From: Octopus sinensis
Taxonomy: Eukaryota
Assembly (NCBI RefSeq): GCF_006345805.1
Contig: NC_043001.1
Span: 28,148,001 to 28,212,000, forward strand
DNA: 64,000 bases
Reading direction: 5' to 3'
Under the pieces are notes generated by a model. The model was not told where the DNA came from. It worked only from the letters and a program-made list of their open reading frames with translations, and ran no database searches. Positions 1 through 13,100 of this stretch are shown piece by piece. How positions within the stretch are numbered: position 1 is the stretch's first letter; every line of letters starts with the position of its first letter. A program made the position numbers and the translations under genes.

Positions 1-119
1 ATGTCAATAGTTGATCTACTTCTTCTAAAGCCACACTGCGATTCTGGATAAATTCGAGAAGCAAGCAGCTGTAGCCTGGACAGGATAATGTGAGCAAAAG
101 CCTTTCCAACAGTGCTTAT
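1..119 (-). mobile_element. RTE-clade LINE reverse transcriptase fragment (runs off window edge)
   Basis: Minus strand reads ISTVGKAFAHIILSRLQLLASRIYPESQCGFRRSRSTID, the typical RTE RT motif (PESQCGFR..RSTID). Confidence 0.75.
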
Positions 120-559
120 ACATACACACACATGCATACATACATGTATAGAATCATACAGACAGACGAAAAATTTTACCCATATTTCTCTATACTCTCT
201 ATGTTTTTCTATCTCTTTTACAGCATAAGACTACCTAACACGATCAGGCAGTTTCCGGGCATCCCCTGACTCACTGGCCAATCTGGATTGATCTCCATCG
301 GCCCTGTCGACTGCTCCTATCATTTTAGTTATTTAAAGCCTGACCTTGCCCGTATCTTTTCTTCTATTTAATACATATCACTCCATGCCATTTCTGTTCT
401 TTTATTGTCTTTGTCTTGTCCCATCTTCCATCTTATTAATTCTCTTATATTCGTACCTCTTTCTTCATCTTTCTTCATTTTGCATTAGTTTCATTAGTTT
501 CATTCTTCCTTCTAATTCATTCTCTTTTATTTGTTTCCTTCACTGTCTGTGGTCCAGCT

Positions 560-757
560 GAGGCATGGGGCTTTCTCCGTACGGGTTGCGGATCCGTGGA
601 ATAAGCTGCCGGATGAGATAGTAAAGATGCCGACGACCGCTCGGTTCAAAGTCTCCCTTGGCTACAAGCGGCCTGAACTCTTTACATGAACACCATCCTG
701 TACATAACTCCATGTCCCCCTACATGGCCTTGCTTTTTGCTTTTTGAGCCAAATAAT

Positions 758-792
<35 letters not shown>
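560..792 (+). mobile_element. CR1-clade LINE 3' end with (TAAC)n tail
   Basis: Reads RHGAFSVRVADPWNKLPDEIVKMPTTARFKVSLGYKRPELFT*, then short UTR and (TAAC)n; near-identical copy at 39303-39563 (-). Confidence 0.8.
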
Positions 793-793
<1 letters not shown>

Positions 794-965
794 CTTCTCG
801 AAAAAGGTGCCCCCATTACTTATGTTTCTTTAAAGATCTGGTACGTAGCCTTCCCTATTACCTAACCGCTGGCTTACGAGGATGTAAACGAAGCCGCAGC
901 GGTTGACAAGTGGTAGCGGTTGTTGACAAACACGTCACAAACACACACACACGTGTATGTCTATG

Positions 966-1039
<74 letters not shown>

Positions 1040-1249
1040 TGTGTGTGTGTATGTATAAGAAATTAAGGAAGGAAAATGCACACACTTTACATAGTTTTAA
1101 TATAATTTTTAATATACCTTGTATTGTGTTTGTCGACCTGCTTCGCTTTCGCTAGTCATGATGTTAAAATTTATTTAAATACGTATTTTCTTAAGAAGAA
1201 ATTTTTGGGTTCATGTTGTGTGTGAAATTTATATATTATATATATATCA

Positions 1250-1530
1250 CTTCACTTTGATCACTTTGACCGACCAGTCCGTCAGGCGTCCATTTTACAC
1301 CGCTGGTCACAGCACGCTGTCCACTCCTCTCTGGATCGCGCCTTTCTCATCCACGTGATCCCAATCGTCCTCTTGAAATCGTCACTCCACCGTCGTGAAG
1401 GTCTTCCGGGTGGTCTTTTCCGCTCACGCGGGTACCACTCGACGACTGCGTGCGTCCGCCGATTATCGGTGAGCCGGGCGACGTGTCCAGCCCATCTTTA
1501 CTTGCTGCGAGTATACTCTGCGATGTCATA
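1250..1530 (-). mobile_element. RTE-clade LINE 3' end (decayed)
   Basis: Minus frame: YDIAEYTRSK*RWAGHVARLTDNRRTHAVVEWYPRERKRPPGRPSRRWSDDFKRTIGITWMRKARSREEWTACCDQRCKMDA*, the RTE ORF2 C-terminus (WAGHVAR, R..GRP..RW); ends in short AAGTG-type repeats. Confidence 0.8.
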
Positions 1531-1544
1531 TATAATGTAAGACG

Positions 1545-1700
1545 GGCTTGCACTCAGTGTCCGTTTATAATATTCGTTCACAAGGCATTGATTGAATCGG
1601 GTCTGTAGAAGAAAAGATTTGCCCAAGATGGCGCGTAGCGGGACTGAACCCCAAACCCCGTAGTTGCAAAGTAAAATTCTTAACCACACAGTCATGCCTT
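1545..1700 (-). mobile_element. SINE family A head, degraded
   Basis: Similar to tRNA-like head of 7301-7701 (gggactgaacc, accacacag). Confidence 0.55.
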
Positions 1701-2254
1701 CACTACATTCTCTGTATCTATTTCTCCTTCTCTCTCGTGTCGTTTATGAAACTTGATCCTTTCTCATATCTCCCCCTCTCTCCGTCTCTGAATTTCTATC
1801 ACTCTCCTTACTCTGTCGTTCTGCCTCTGTCTCAGTCCCTGCTCTCCCCTCTCTGTTTAGTTTTCTTTCGCTGTTTCCATTTTTTCCTAGTTTCATGACT
1901 GTATCTCCTCTCTGTCTCTCTCTCTCTCTCCTCAACCTCGATCCATGTCTTTTTAATGCACCTAGTTTCTGCAATTTTAGACTTTTGCTTTTTTTTCTCT
2001 CTCCTGTGATCATTTTATCCATAATCGTTCATTCCGTTTGCATCCTGTGTTGCTGGTTATCTACTACGTTTTGCCATTCGTTCAACCTTCACGCATACAA
2101 AATCTTTTGTATTTGATTTTAATCGAAAAACAATTACAATTACATAATTTTCTAATATAATTACCCTACTATGCTCGATACCAATAATCCACATATTACC
2201 GTCTTAGACTGCCATGTTTACAAGGCCCATTTCAAATTTCAACACAACGGTTGG

Positions 2255-2457
2255 AGAGGGTGAAATGCATAGCCGTATTTCGTCTGCTATTACGTTCTGA
2301 GTTCAAATTCCGCCGAGATCGATTTGTCTTTCATCCTTTCGGGGTCGATAAATTTAGTACGAGTTACGCACTTGGGTCGATGTAATCGACTTAATCCGTT
2401 TGTCTGCCCTTGTTTGTACCCTCTGTGTTTAGCCCCTTGTGGGTAGTAAAGAAATAC
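2255..2457 (+). mobile_element. SINE family B
   Basis: gtatttcgtctgc..gagttcaaattccgccgag..tttcatcctttcggggtcgataa..gtgggtagtaaagaaata, shared with 22957-23179, 33058-33812, 61801-62190. Confidence 0.85.
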
Positions 2458-2869
2458 ATATCTAACCTATATACAATGCTAATATAGTAATGTGTGTAGA
2501 CCTAACTACAACCACTAATGTTTTATAACTGACCCTCTTTCAAATTTTGGCAATACAGTGGCCCTGCTTCGGTTAAGAGACCTTGTACTATTCCCTTATT
2601 TCTCCCTACCCTTCTTTAACTTGCATTCCTCTGTCCTCTATTTTACTTGCATCATTCCATTTTCTTCTCCTTCCCCCACCTTGCAATAGCCATTCCCTCA
2701 GTGCTCTGCTTGTTATAACCAGAAATGGTTGTGATGAATATAGCATTAATTTTCTTAGGTGATCCAATTTTCCTCAATAGATCAATTGAGTAAACCTATC
2801 AGTAGAAATTGTACCTATAATGACTACTGGAAACAACTGTAAGCCAAATTTGTTCCAGTAGAGGAAAAT

Positions 2870-2954
2870 ATGTAATGACCATTATTTTTAACTTGTTTAT
2901 ATGTGTATGTCTGTGTGTATGTTTGTGTGCGTGAACATATATATATATATATAT

Positions 2955-3040
<86 letters not shown>

Positions 3041-3290
3041 CATATATATATATATTAATGTATTCACAAGCTTGTACATACATATACATATGTATATGTG
3101 TATATATATATATAAACAGATATACATAATACATACATACATATACATACATACATACACACATAAATACATACATACACACATACATATATACATACTA
3201 CATACATACACACACACATACATACACACATACATACATACATACATACATACATACATACATACATACATGCACACACATATAGGAACG
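2870..3290. repeat. (TA)n/(TACA)n compound microsatellite
   Basis: Directly visible. Confidence 0.95.
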
Positions 3291-3438
3291 CACGAAGTTG
3301 AATGAGATAGATTGTACGTTGCTCTTCAATCGATCAATCAAACCCGTTCGTCGACATTTTGGATCAGATGAAACACTCGAGATACACACAAATACAGACA
3401 CACACACACGAACACATGCAGGCATGTGCGCACATACA

Positions 3439-3479
<41 letters not shown>

Positions 3480-3674
3480 TACACACGCATACGTACATGC
3501 GAACACACGCGTACACATAGATACGTATACATATGCTTAGAAATATACACACACACACATATATTTATTCACCTGCATTCAAAGCAATCTGCGTCTGTTT
3601 GTCAGTTTGTCTGTCTGCTTGTTCCTCTTTCTCTCATTATGTATATATATATATATATATTATATATATATATA

Positions 3675-4560
3675 TACATAGGGTGCGGTGAATATATTGT
3701 CGTCAAATTTATGCAAAACTGAAAATCACATTAACATCTCATTTTAACAAATAAATATACTAAAATTACATAAAAATATCTTGAAATACTAAAGAGTAAA
3801 TTTATTCAATAAAATCGCTATTGGCTTCAGCCACATCCTCCAGACGACTTCGGAATCTCCTGCAACTGCTCTGGATGGTCTCCTCGTTTAAGTTGGTCAA
3901 TGCTGCCATAATCCTTGCCTTCAGTTCATCTTTCCTGTTACAAGGAGTTTTGCTGCTATCCCACTCAACTGCGCCCCACACATAATAATCAAGGAGGTTG
4001 CAGTCCAGGGAAGTTAGGTTGCCAGATGTTAGAGATGATGTGGTCGCAGAAATTGTCTGACAGCGATGACTGGGTCTTCCTGCTTGTGTGGCACGATGCA
4101 GAATCCTGTTGCCAGACATAAGGTCTCCCAGCAGTCATCCTTTTGACCCAGGGCAGCACTACCTCCTCCAGACACTTGATGTAGGCTTCTGTGCTGAGTT
4201 TGAAAGCCATGTGGGAAGAGGAATGTCGCCTTCACTAGTGATCACCCCAAACAGCATGATGTTGACTAGATATTTGATTTTTACCACTCTAAGTACACGT
4301 CTTCAGATTGCACTGTCCTCACATTGACACTCAAGCACTCTGCAATGTTCGTATTGGAGCTTCTGGCGCTACTGTCAAGCAGTGCAGCATGTCGTTTCAA
4401 ATTTCTGGTAGAGTGAATTGCGTGATGGTGCTGTTTTTCTCACAGACCGTGCCCAACTGACCCTACTATACTGTGTAGTCAAAAAATCAGAAACAGACAA
4501 TGTACATGCGTGAAATTATGAATATAAAATGGTAACAATTTACCCATCGCACCCTGTGTA
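3675..4560 (-). mobile_element. Tc1/mariner DD37D (maT-type) transposon, internally deleted
   Basis: TA-flanked imperfect TIRs (catagggtgcggtg at 3677 vs RC cacagggtgcgatg ending 4558); transposase WQQDSASCHTS...W(P)PN(S)PDCNLLDYYVWG with 37 residues between the last two Asp after removing a +1 frameshift. Confidence 0.9.
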
Positions 4561-4704
4561 TATACATATATCACACAAACACATACATACATACATACAT
4601 ACATACATACATACATACATACATACATACATACATACATACATACATACGTACATACCTACATACCTACATACGTACGTATGTACGTACGTATATTTCC
4701 CCCC

Positions 4705-4932
4705 TTTAAAGCCTAGCCAGGCTCATGGGCCGGTTTCTACTGCGCATGTGTTCCCCAGCTGGACGGAGCACCAGTCCATCGCAGCATTACTCAATTTTGC
4801 CAGCTGAGTGGACTGAAGCAACGTGAAATGAAGTGTTTTGCTCAAGAACACAACGCGTCGCCCGATCCAGGAATCGAAACCACAATCTTACGATCATGAT
4901 GCTGACACCCTAACCATTAAGCCACGCGTCTC

Positions 4933-4935
<3 letters not shown>
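4705..4935 (-). mobile_element. SINE family D (tRNA-like head plus V-domain-like core)
   Basis: Minus head gtggagacgcgtggcttaatggttaggg..ggtttcgattcc (A/B boxes), then tgtgttcttgagcaaaacactt..cagtccactcagctg; relatives at 42243-42428 and 57120-57250. Confidence 0.8.
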
Positions 4936-4966
<31 letters not shown>

Positions 4967-5399
4967 CATATATGTGTGTGAGTGTATATATATACACCAT
5001 ATATGTATGTTTGTGTGTGTTTTATTTTCTAAGTGTATGCATTATATATATACCTATATATTGAATATAAGACGAAAAGAGGAATAAAAGAAAGATATGG
5101 AGAAACAAATGTGGTGGATGGGAGTGGAACGCGAAAATTATTTCAAAATGGCGTACAAACAGCGTCGTTTCAATTTCAAAAGACCTGTACTTTAATATGA
5201 TATAAATTCGGCCGGCTGACCAGGTCACTTGTTCTTCAGATAGCATTTGACATGAGTGAAAGATAAATGAAAGCGGCTTCTCTACTTTTCAAAGCTTGGA
5301 ATTTGAAGAGTGTTTCTTTTGCCGCCCAATTGATAGAACAGTGAAGATGAAGTTCATAGACAAGGAAGTCGACATCAAAGTAGGAAACGAACATTATGC

Positions 5400-5703
5400 A
5401 AGAGACTGTGTGTATGTGTGTGTGTGTGTGTGTGTGTTTTTGCGTATGTATATGTATATATACATACATATATATACATACATAAATATATATCTATATA
5501 CGTATTTACGTATCTGTATATATATATATATATACGAGTGGGTGGACAAACGAATGAAAGTGGCATACTACACATTTTATAGGAGATATATATATACATA
5601 TATATGTGTGTGTGTATATATATGCGTATAGATATATATGTATATATATATATATATAGACATATATATGTGTGTGGTATATAATGTATATATATATATA
5701 TGT

Positions 5704-5736
<33 letters not shown>

Positions 5737-5752
5737 GTATGTATATATATAT

Positions 5753-5804
<52 letters not shown>

Positions 5805-5815
5805 TATAATATATG

Positions 5816-5847
<32 letters not shown>

Positions 5848-5910
5848 ATATATATATATTGTATATGTACATGTATATGTATATGTATATGTGTGTGTAT
5901 GTGTATGTGT
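5400..5910. repeat. (TG)n/(TA)n microsatellite block
   Basis: Directly visible. Confidence 0.95.
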
Positions 5911-6140
5911 AGGCATGGCTTTGCAACGCCATGTTTTTCTGGTCAGCCTCACCATGCGGTACTTGAGGCAAGTGCCTTCTATACCGGAGACTGATTAATA
6001 GTTTGTGAGTGAATTAGGTAGCTGGAAACTATCTATCGGCTATTTGAATGTGTGTGTTTCCACGTTTCTGTGTCCTTGTGTTTGACCCCACAACCACCCG
6101 ATAACCGGTCATGGTTTCCGTACGTTCCCACAGTTCCCCA
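5909..6140 (+). mobile_element. SINE family A, heavily degraded
   Basis: gtaggcatggct..tttgtgagtgaattaggtagctggaaact..caaccacccgataaccggtc match family A blocks. Confidence 0.5.
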
Positions 6141-6168
6141 CAACTCACACGCTCATGTATGTGTGTGC

Positions 6169-6221
<53 letters not shown>

Positions 6222-6556
6222 GAATGTAAGCATATCTTTATTGTATAATTATTTGTAACCTTCTCGAAGAGAAGGAGATGGTTTCTAGAAGATGTACAAA
6301 GCTCAATCGTTGGAATGTAAATAACAAATGCAAATTCACATCTTGTATAATTTTACTGTCGGATTATAAATGGTATTTGGTGATGTGCACCTTCTCTGGT
6401 TGATTTCTAAAAATCCCACCTTATCCAGGTCGTCGCTTGCAACAATATGTACGACATTATTCAGTTTATCTCAAAATTTCTTGCCAATAGAGAAAGAACC
6501 GGTTTCTAACATAGATACACGGTTACTTCATTAGAATTTCAACACCAACAACATAC

Positions 6557-6557
6557 A

Positions 6558-6588
<31 letters not shown>

Positions 6589-6738
6589 TGTATGTATGTA
6601 TGTATGTATGTATGTATGTAGGTATGTATGTATGTATGCATGTATGTAAGTATGTATGTATGTATGTATATATGTATGTATGTATGTATGTATGTAAGTA
6701 TGTATGTATGTATGTAAGTATGTATGTATGTATGTATG

Positions 6739-6769
<31 letters not shown>

Positions 6770-6800
6770 GTATGTATGTATGTATGTATGTAATGTATGT
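6557..6800. repeat. (TATG)n microsatellite
   Basis: Directly visible. Confidence 0.95.
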
Positions 6801-7300
6801 GCAGATTTGTATGTTTTCTGTATGTAGTCTCATGCACGTAGTTGCATATCTAGACATGCCCATATATATTTAAATGATAAACTTCTGGAAATCTTTTATA
6901 GATTTTTACAGTTCCAGTGATGGATTGGATCTGTAGTTTTCGAAATAGCCTTCTCCTTTCTGGTTTTTGAGAAACCTAATTTCTCAAAATTGGTATTTAG
7001 GCAGTGTGTTACATATCCCATGTAACTAACTGTACAAAGTCATCTCTTGTGTTTTAATGTGATTGTTAAACAAAATATTCGCTATATTTAATCTCACTCA
7101 TTGTATTATCCCAAATTTCTTTTATCCCAAAGAAATTTCTTTTGATGTTGTCTGATGCTACTCTTGGTTCTCGACTATTGCAGTTGTTGTTGTTTGTTGT
7201 TGTTGTTCTCGTTGTTGCCGTTGTTGTTGTTCTCGTTGTTGCCGTTGTTGTTGTTCTCTTCGCCATTGTTAGTTTCTTAGTTATCGTTGTTTACTCTTTT

Positions 7301-7701
7301 ACTCTTTTACTTGTTTCAGTCATTTGACTGCGGCCATGCTGGAGCACCGCCTTTAGTCGAGCAACTCGACCCCGGGACTTATTCTTTTTGTAAGCCCAGT
7401 ACTTATTCTATCGGTCTCTTTTTGCCGAACCGCTAAGTAACGGGGACGTAAACACACCAGCATCGGTTGTCAAGCAATGCTAGGGGAACAAACACAGACA
7501 CACAAACAAAACACATACATATATATATACATATATACGACAGACTTCTTTCAGTTTCCGTCTACCAAATCCACTCACAAGGCATTGGTCGGCCCGGGGC
7601 TATAGCAGAAGATACTTGCCCAAGATGCCACGCAGTGGGACTGAACCCGGAACCATGTGGTTGGTTAGCAAGCTACTTACCACACAGCCACTCCTGCGCC
7701 T
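7301..7701 (-). mobile_element. tRNA-derived SINE family A, full length
   Basis: Minus head ggcgcaggagtggctgtgtggtaagtagcttgct..ggttccgggttcagtccc (A and B boxes), central microsatellite, conserved 3' half ending gcagtcaaatgactgaaacaagtaaaag; many copies in the window. Confidence 0.9.
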
Positions 7702-8329
7702 ATTTGCTATTGTTGTTTTCGTTGTCGTTAATGTCAACGCCACCAAGACTTATGAATTTTATAGGACAGTTTAAATAAAGAACGGCTGTAGAATCAGCCG
7801 AGTCACTCTTTTATTTTGTTTTATTTTATTTTATTTTACTTTTGTTTTTCATTTGTCTGTTGGGAACTTAACGAGTTTCTTTAGATCTTCGTAATTGAAG
7901 GTAGGCACAGTAAGGACGTCCTCAGACATTCCCTTTCATCTGGAAATCTCTCAAAAAGCATCTTGTATGTAGAAATTCTTTTCTTTTGGTACACATCTCA
8001 AACCATCTCTGTTTTAGTTGTCTAACGTCTTTAACTTTCATCTTACTAATTCTTTAATTCTTTGATATACTTCTAATTCTCTTACATTATATTCGTCATT
8101 TGTCTGATTCTTTCTATTCCTCTATGTCTATCTGTCTGTCTGACTATTTATCTACCTGTCTTCATCGATACACAAACACATATGAATGTATTTACACACA
8201 CACACGCACACACACACATGTTTATATGAAATTACATATGTGTATATGTATTTGTGTGTGTATGTGTGCACCATACAAATACACACACGCGACACATATA
8301 CATATGCATGACAGGTTTCCGCACAGTCT

Positions 8330-8430
8330 CCCTTTACGAAAGTCACAACGCATGGGTTGGTCCGGTGCTATAGTAGAAGATACTTACCCAAATTGCTGCA
8401 CAGCAGGACTGAACTTGAAACCATGGTCAC
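8330..8430 (-). mobile_element. SINE family A head fragment
   Basis: tgctatagtagaagatacttacccaa..ggactgaact..ccatggt. Confidence 0.5.
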
Positions 8431-8919
8431 AAAACGAGTTTGTTAAAAATTTGCCTGGGCCTTCATTGCATTGAGTTCAACTTATATTAAAATTCAGAAC
8501 TGGTAATATAGTGCTTTACATAGTATGTACCGCTTAAACTTGGTAAATAAATTTCTCGTCTCAAGTCGTGTCTTTGAGCAAGAATATATCTTTCACGTTA
8601 CTCCTTTCTATTCATCTGTAAGTGACTATCAACCGGCTAATGGTGCAGCTCTCTTTCAATTGCGGCTCCTTCTAATTGTCATATGCTGAATGTGTTGTTG
8701 GGTGGAAGAAAAAGGGTCTGAAGAGCATAAATGTCTGCTCAAGACTGCTTAGGTACTTAATAACAATAGATTTGCGAGTGAAGGCTGGCTATACTTTGCT
8801 GAGAAAAGGCGTTTTAGTTGCATTAGTAGAGTAAGGCATTAATTTATTTATTTGTGTCAGAATTTGTAAGATTCACCAGTTGGAAACAGCTGAATTCATA
8901 CTGGGTGAAGTCTGACGCA

Positions 8920-9450
8920 GGGTGAAGTACTAGGCAGAGAGGCAATGGTCAGCATGAGCAGGGTCTGGAAGAGTAGAGACATCATACTCGCTACCAAATG
9001 CAGATTGGTGAATACAATTGTCTTCCCAATAGCAACATATGGATGCGAGACCTGGACACTAAAGAAAGCTGACCAGAAGAGAATTAATGCATTCGAGCTT
9101 TGGTGTTGGAGAAGACTTTTACGGATTCCATGGACAGCGAGGCTCACCAACGGAGAAGTTCTTAAGCAGATAAGGCCGAAAATGTCGCTAGAAGCTAGGA
9201 TCACCAAGCATAGATTGGCATATTTCGGTCATATAATGAGGAGAAAATCCCTGGAGAAGGACATCATGCTCGGAATGGTCAGTGGCAAGACAGGAAGAGG
9301 CCGACCAAGAAGCCGCTGGCTTGACACCATCAAGAGGGATACCAGAATAGACATAGCCAATCTGAACGAAGCGGCCCAGGATAGAACTGACTGGAGGGCA
9401 CTGATCCAACGAGTGACCGAGAGTCGACTTCGACTGAGCGGATAGAGAGA
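8920..9450 (+). mobile_element. RTE/BovB-like LINE, 5'-truncated, with 13-bp TSD
   Basis: Uninterrupted ORF 8945-9445 (YGCETWTLKKAD..AFELWCWRRLLRIPWTAR..FGHIMRR.SLEKDIMLG..GRGRPRSRWLD); TSD gaagtctgacgca at 8907-8919 and 9451-9463; short AG tail right after the stop. Confidence 0.92.
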
Positions 9451-9652
9451 GAAGTCTGACGCAAATAAATAAATTAAGGCTCTACAAGATTAGGTGATAC
9501 TCAAAAGAGAATGCTACTCCCACATAAAGAACCGCGCTTCTGATGGGCTAGTCTAAATATCATAAACTACATCTGAAAGCCATTAGCGTTTTAGTTGACT
9601 GATTGACCAACACATTTCAATTTATATCTTTTAGAAAGATGCTCTGTATCCT

Positions 9653-10045
9653 TACTCTTATATTTGTTTCAATCATTTGACTGTGGCCAAGCTAGAGTAC
9701 CGCCTTTAGTCGAGTAAATCGACCCCAGGACTTATTCTTTGTAAGCCTAGTACTTACTCCATCGGTCATTTTTGCCGAACCGCTTAGTTACGGGGACGTG
9801 AACACACCAGTATCGGTTGTCAAGCGCTGTGGGAGGACAAAGACAGACACACAAACATAGACACCCCCCCATATATATATATATATATACAACGGGCTTC
9901 TTACAGTTTCAGCCTACCAAATCCGCTTTGGTCGACCCGAGGCTATAGTAGAAGACACTTGCCGAAGTTGCCACGCACTGGGACTGAACCCGGAACCATG
10001 TGGCTGGTAAGCAAGCTACTTACCACACAGCCAGTCCTACGCCTA
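9653..10045 (-). mobile_element. SINE family A, full length
   Basis: Colinear with 7301-7701. Confidence 0.9.
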
Positions 10046-10140
10046 TATATAATACATATACATTCATATATATATATATATATATACATTTATATATATA
10101 TATATATAATATATATACATTTATATGTATATATCATATA

Positions 10141-13100
10141 TACTTTGATACTTTGATACTTTGATAGGTTTCGGCCATTATTGGCCCAGGCCATGTCTAA
10201 CTTAATAGCACCACCTGGTGAAGTCCTTCAAGTCAGAATTTGGGCACTATGGCCCACTCAAGTAGAGAGTTATTGTTTACAGAGACATATCCGGGTGTAG
10301 GGGGTTTATCCGGGATTTCTTGAAGGAATCTGTCCAAAGACTTCTTGAACCCTATAGGGTCAGTTTCTGTTTTAATGTGTTTTGGTGTAATGTTAAAGAG
10401 AGCGGGGCCAATTGAGGTGAAATAATTGTGCCGTATTGTTGTTATGAGATGAGAGTGCGATTTTTTTTTTGGGCGGATGGCACGGGGCCCAAGCCTTGGA
10501 TGTACCTTAAAGGTGATGCCAACATCATTTGGGCAATGCTGATGGAATATTTTCCACATCATGCAGATGATGTAGCGCTCACGACGACGTTGGAGAGAAT
10601 AGAGTTTTAGCTTTTCTAGTCGACCCCAATAGTCGAGGCCTGTCATGCCATCTATCTTTTTTGTGATTGCCCTTTGAGGTGCTTCAACTTTTATGATACC
10701 TTGTATTGTGTAGGGAGACCACAGTGGACAACAGTATTCAAGGTGGGGTCGGGCAAAAGTGGAGAAGAGAAGGATAATGGTGTGGATATCTCTCGACTGG
10801 AAAGTTCTGAGAATCCAGGAACACATTCTGCGGGCCATGTCAACTTTGGTGTTTATATGAGTGGCCCAGCTTATGTGTTGTCCACAATTACTCCCAAGTC
10901 TCTGATGTTGTTGGACGCCGCGAGAGTTTCACCTGAAGGAAGGGAGTATGGGAGTTTCAGGGCATCCCTTTTCCAAAGTGGATTAGCTCAAATTTATCCT
11001 CGTTCAGCAGCATATTGTTTTTTTCTGCCCATTGGATAACAGCCAGTAGATCTGACTGAAGGCATGTCCGGTCACTCGCCTCATTATGACCTTCTGTAGC
11101 TTGGAGTCATCTGCAAAGATTTTTATGTTGCTGTGCTTGATGATGTCATTAATGTCATTAATGTAAATGATGAAAAGAAGTGGGCCCAGCACAGTGCCTT
11201 GCAGAACGCCACTACTGACTTTGGCTGGGCTTGATTTTACCCCTTCAACTACAACATGTTGAGATCTGTCTGTCAGGAAACACTTGATCCATTTCAGTAA
11301 CTTTCCAGAGACACCAATGTTGGATAGTTTTTTCAATAGGATCTTGTGATCGACCCTGTCGAAGGCCTTACTGAAATCAAGGTAGATGACATTGGTGTTG
11401 GAGGCCCTCTCCCAAAGCTCTCAAAATGTCCTCAAAGTGATGCAGGAGCTGCGTTAGGCAGTCCCTTCCATTACGGAACCCATGTTGGTTGGAGATCAGC
11501 CGTCTGTTGCTTTCCAGAAATTGGGTTATTCGAGATCTCACCACCCACCCTCTCAAATACCTTGATGATATGAGAGGTGAGTGAGATCGGACGGTAATTC
11601 ACTCACTGCAAGGGACTTGTTTCCCTTTTTGAAAACTGGGACAACAGACTGGGACAGAAGGTTTTTGGAATATAGCCAGCATCCAGTGAGTTTCTCCACA
11701 GATTAGCAAGGGAGATGCAAGTTGGTGTCGACACACCTTCAGGACACAAGCAGGGAACCTATCGGGGCCTACTGCTGAATTGTGTTTTATTTCGTTTATC
11801 GCCGCTAAGACATCAGGGGCACTAAACGTTATGTCCGATATAGTGTGTTGGGCGTTGACATCACTGATACAGCCCAGATCGGCCATATCAGGATTGCTGA
11901 AAACAGAGCAGTATTGTTTCTGGCAGTATCTCGGCCATGGATTTGGCATTATCTTGGAGAGTGCCAATTTCGTTAATTAGAGGCCTACAGTGGAGACAGT
12001 GACCCTGCGTTTCCTCGCAAATGAAAAGAACACTTTGGGTTGAGTTTGATTTTTTCAATGGCCCACTTCTCCTCAGCTGATCTTTGGTTATTGATGAGGG
12101 TCTTCATGCATTGTTGGAGGTTATATTTTTTGGATTCAAGCAGTGCGATAGCCGTCGAATGTGTGTGTTGCTGTTGGCAGTACTTTAGTTTGTTAATTTT
12201 TTTGTTTGTTCTTTTTATTTTTCTGATAATGGTTTTTCTGTTTTGGGGGATTCTGCACTTTTTGTTCACAGGTCTTGGTGGGGAGGGTTTTGCACATATG
12301 TCTGTGACGGTGTCTACAAAGATCTGCCAAGATGTTTTATGGTTGGTGGAGATGTGTGTAAAGGACCAGTCAACATGTGATAGCTCGTTCCTGATTGCAT
12401 CCCAGTTGGCTTCATGGAGATCCATGTTGTCAAATGGGTGGGCTGGAGGAAGGTCACTAGGATTAGCTTTCGGCTGGTGGAATTTCATGTTACAGAGAAC
12501 CATGTCATGGTCTGAAAGAAGGGTTTTTTCCACTGTAACGTTATGTATAGTGTTAGTGTGGTTACTAAACACTAGGTCCAAAATGTTCTGATGTCTTGTT
12601 GGTGCAAGGACAAGTTGGGACAAAAAAACTCATTCGTAAAGTCGAAAAGTGACTCTGCTGCTTCTTTGTCAGCGGTTGAGGCGGAGTGCTTGGTTTCAAA
12701 CAGTTTGTAGTCCAGTCAACACAGGGTAGATTGAAGTCTCCCATCATGAGTATGTTGCTAGAATGGCACGTTGAATAAAGCACTTAATGCTGTTGAGGCA
12801 TTCTTTAAAGCACAGTATGGGTGTTTGGGGCGGCCTATAGAGCCCAATTACTGTCAGGTCATTGCTTTGTTGTGCACGGTGACTGATTCACAGTAGCCGT
12901 TGGAGAATATACTATTTCCATCTGCCGTAAATGAATCATGCAGGAAAATGGCAGTTCCACCACCCTTCCTCCTGCCGATACGATTCGCGCGGATGGTTGT
13001 GAAATTCTTCACTCTCACTTCGGCTTCCAAGTGGGAGTTGTCAAGGTGGGTCTCAGTGAGAATGAAGAAAGGATGTGGTGGTGAATGTTACCACCCCAGT

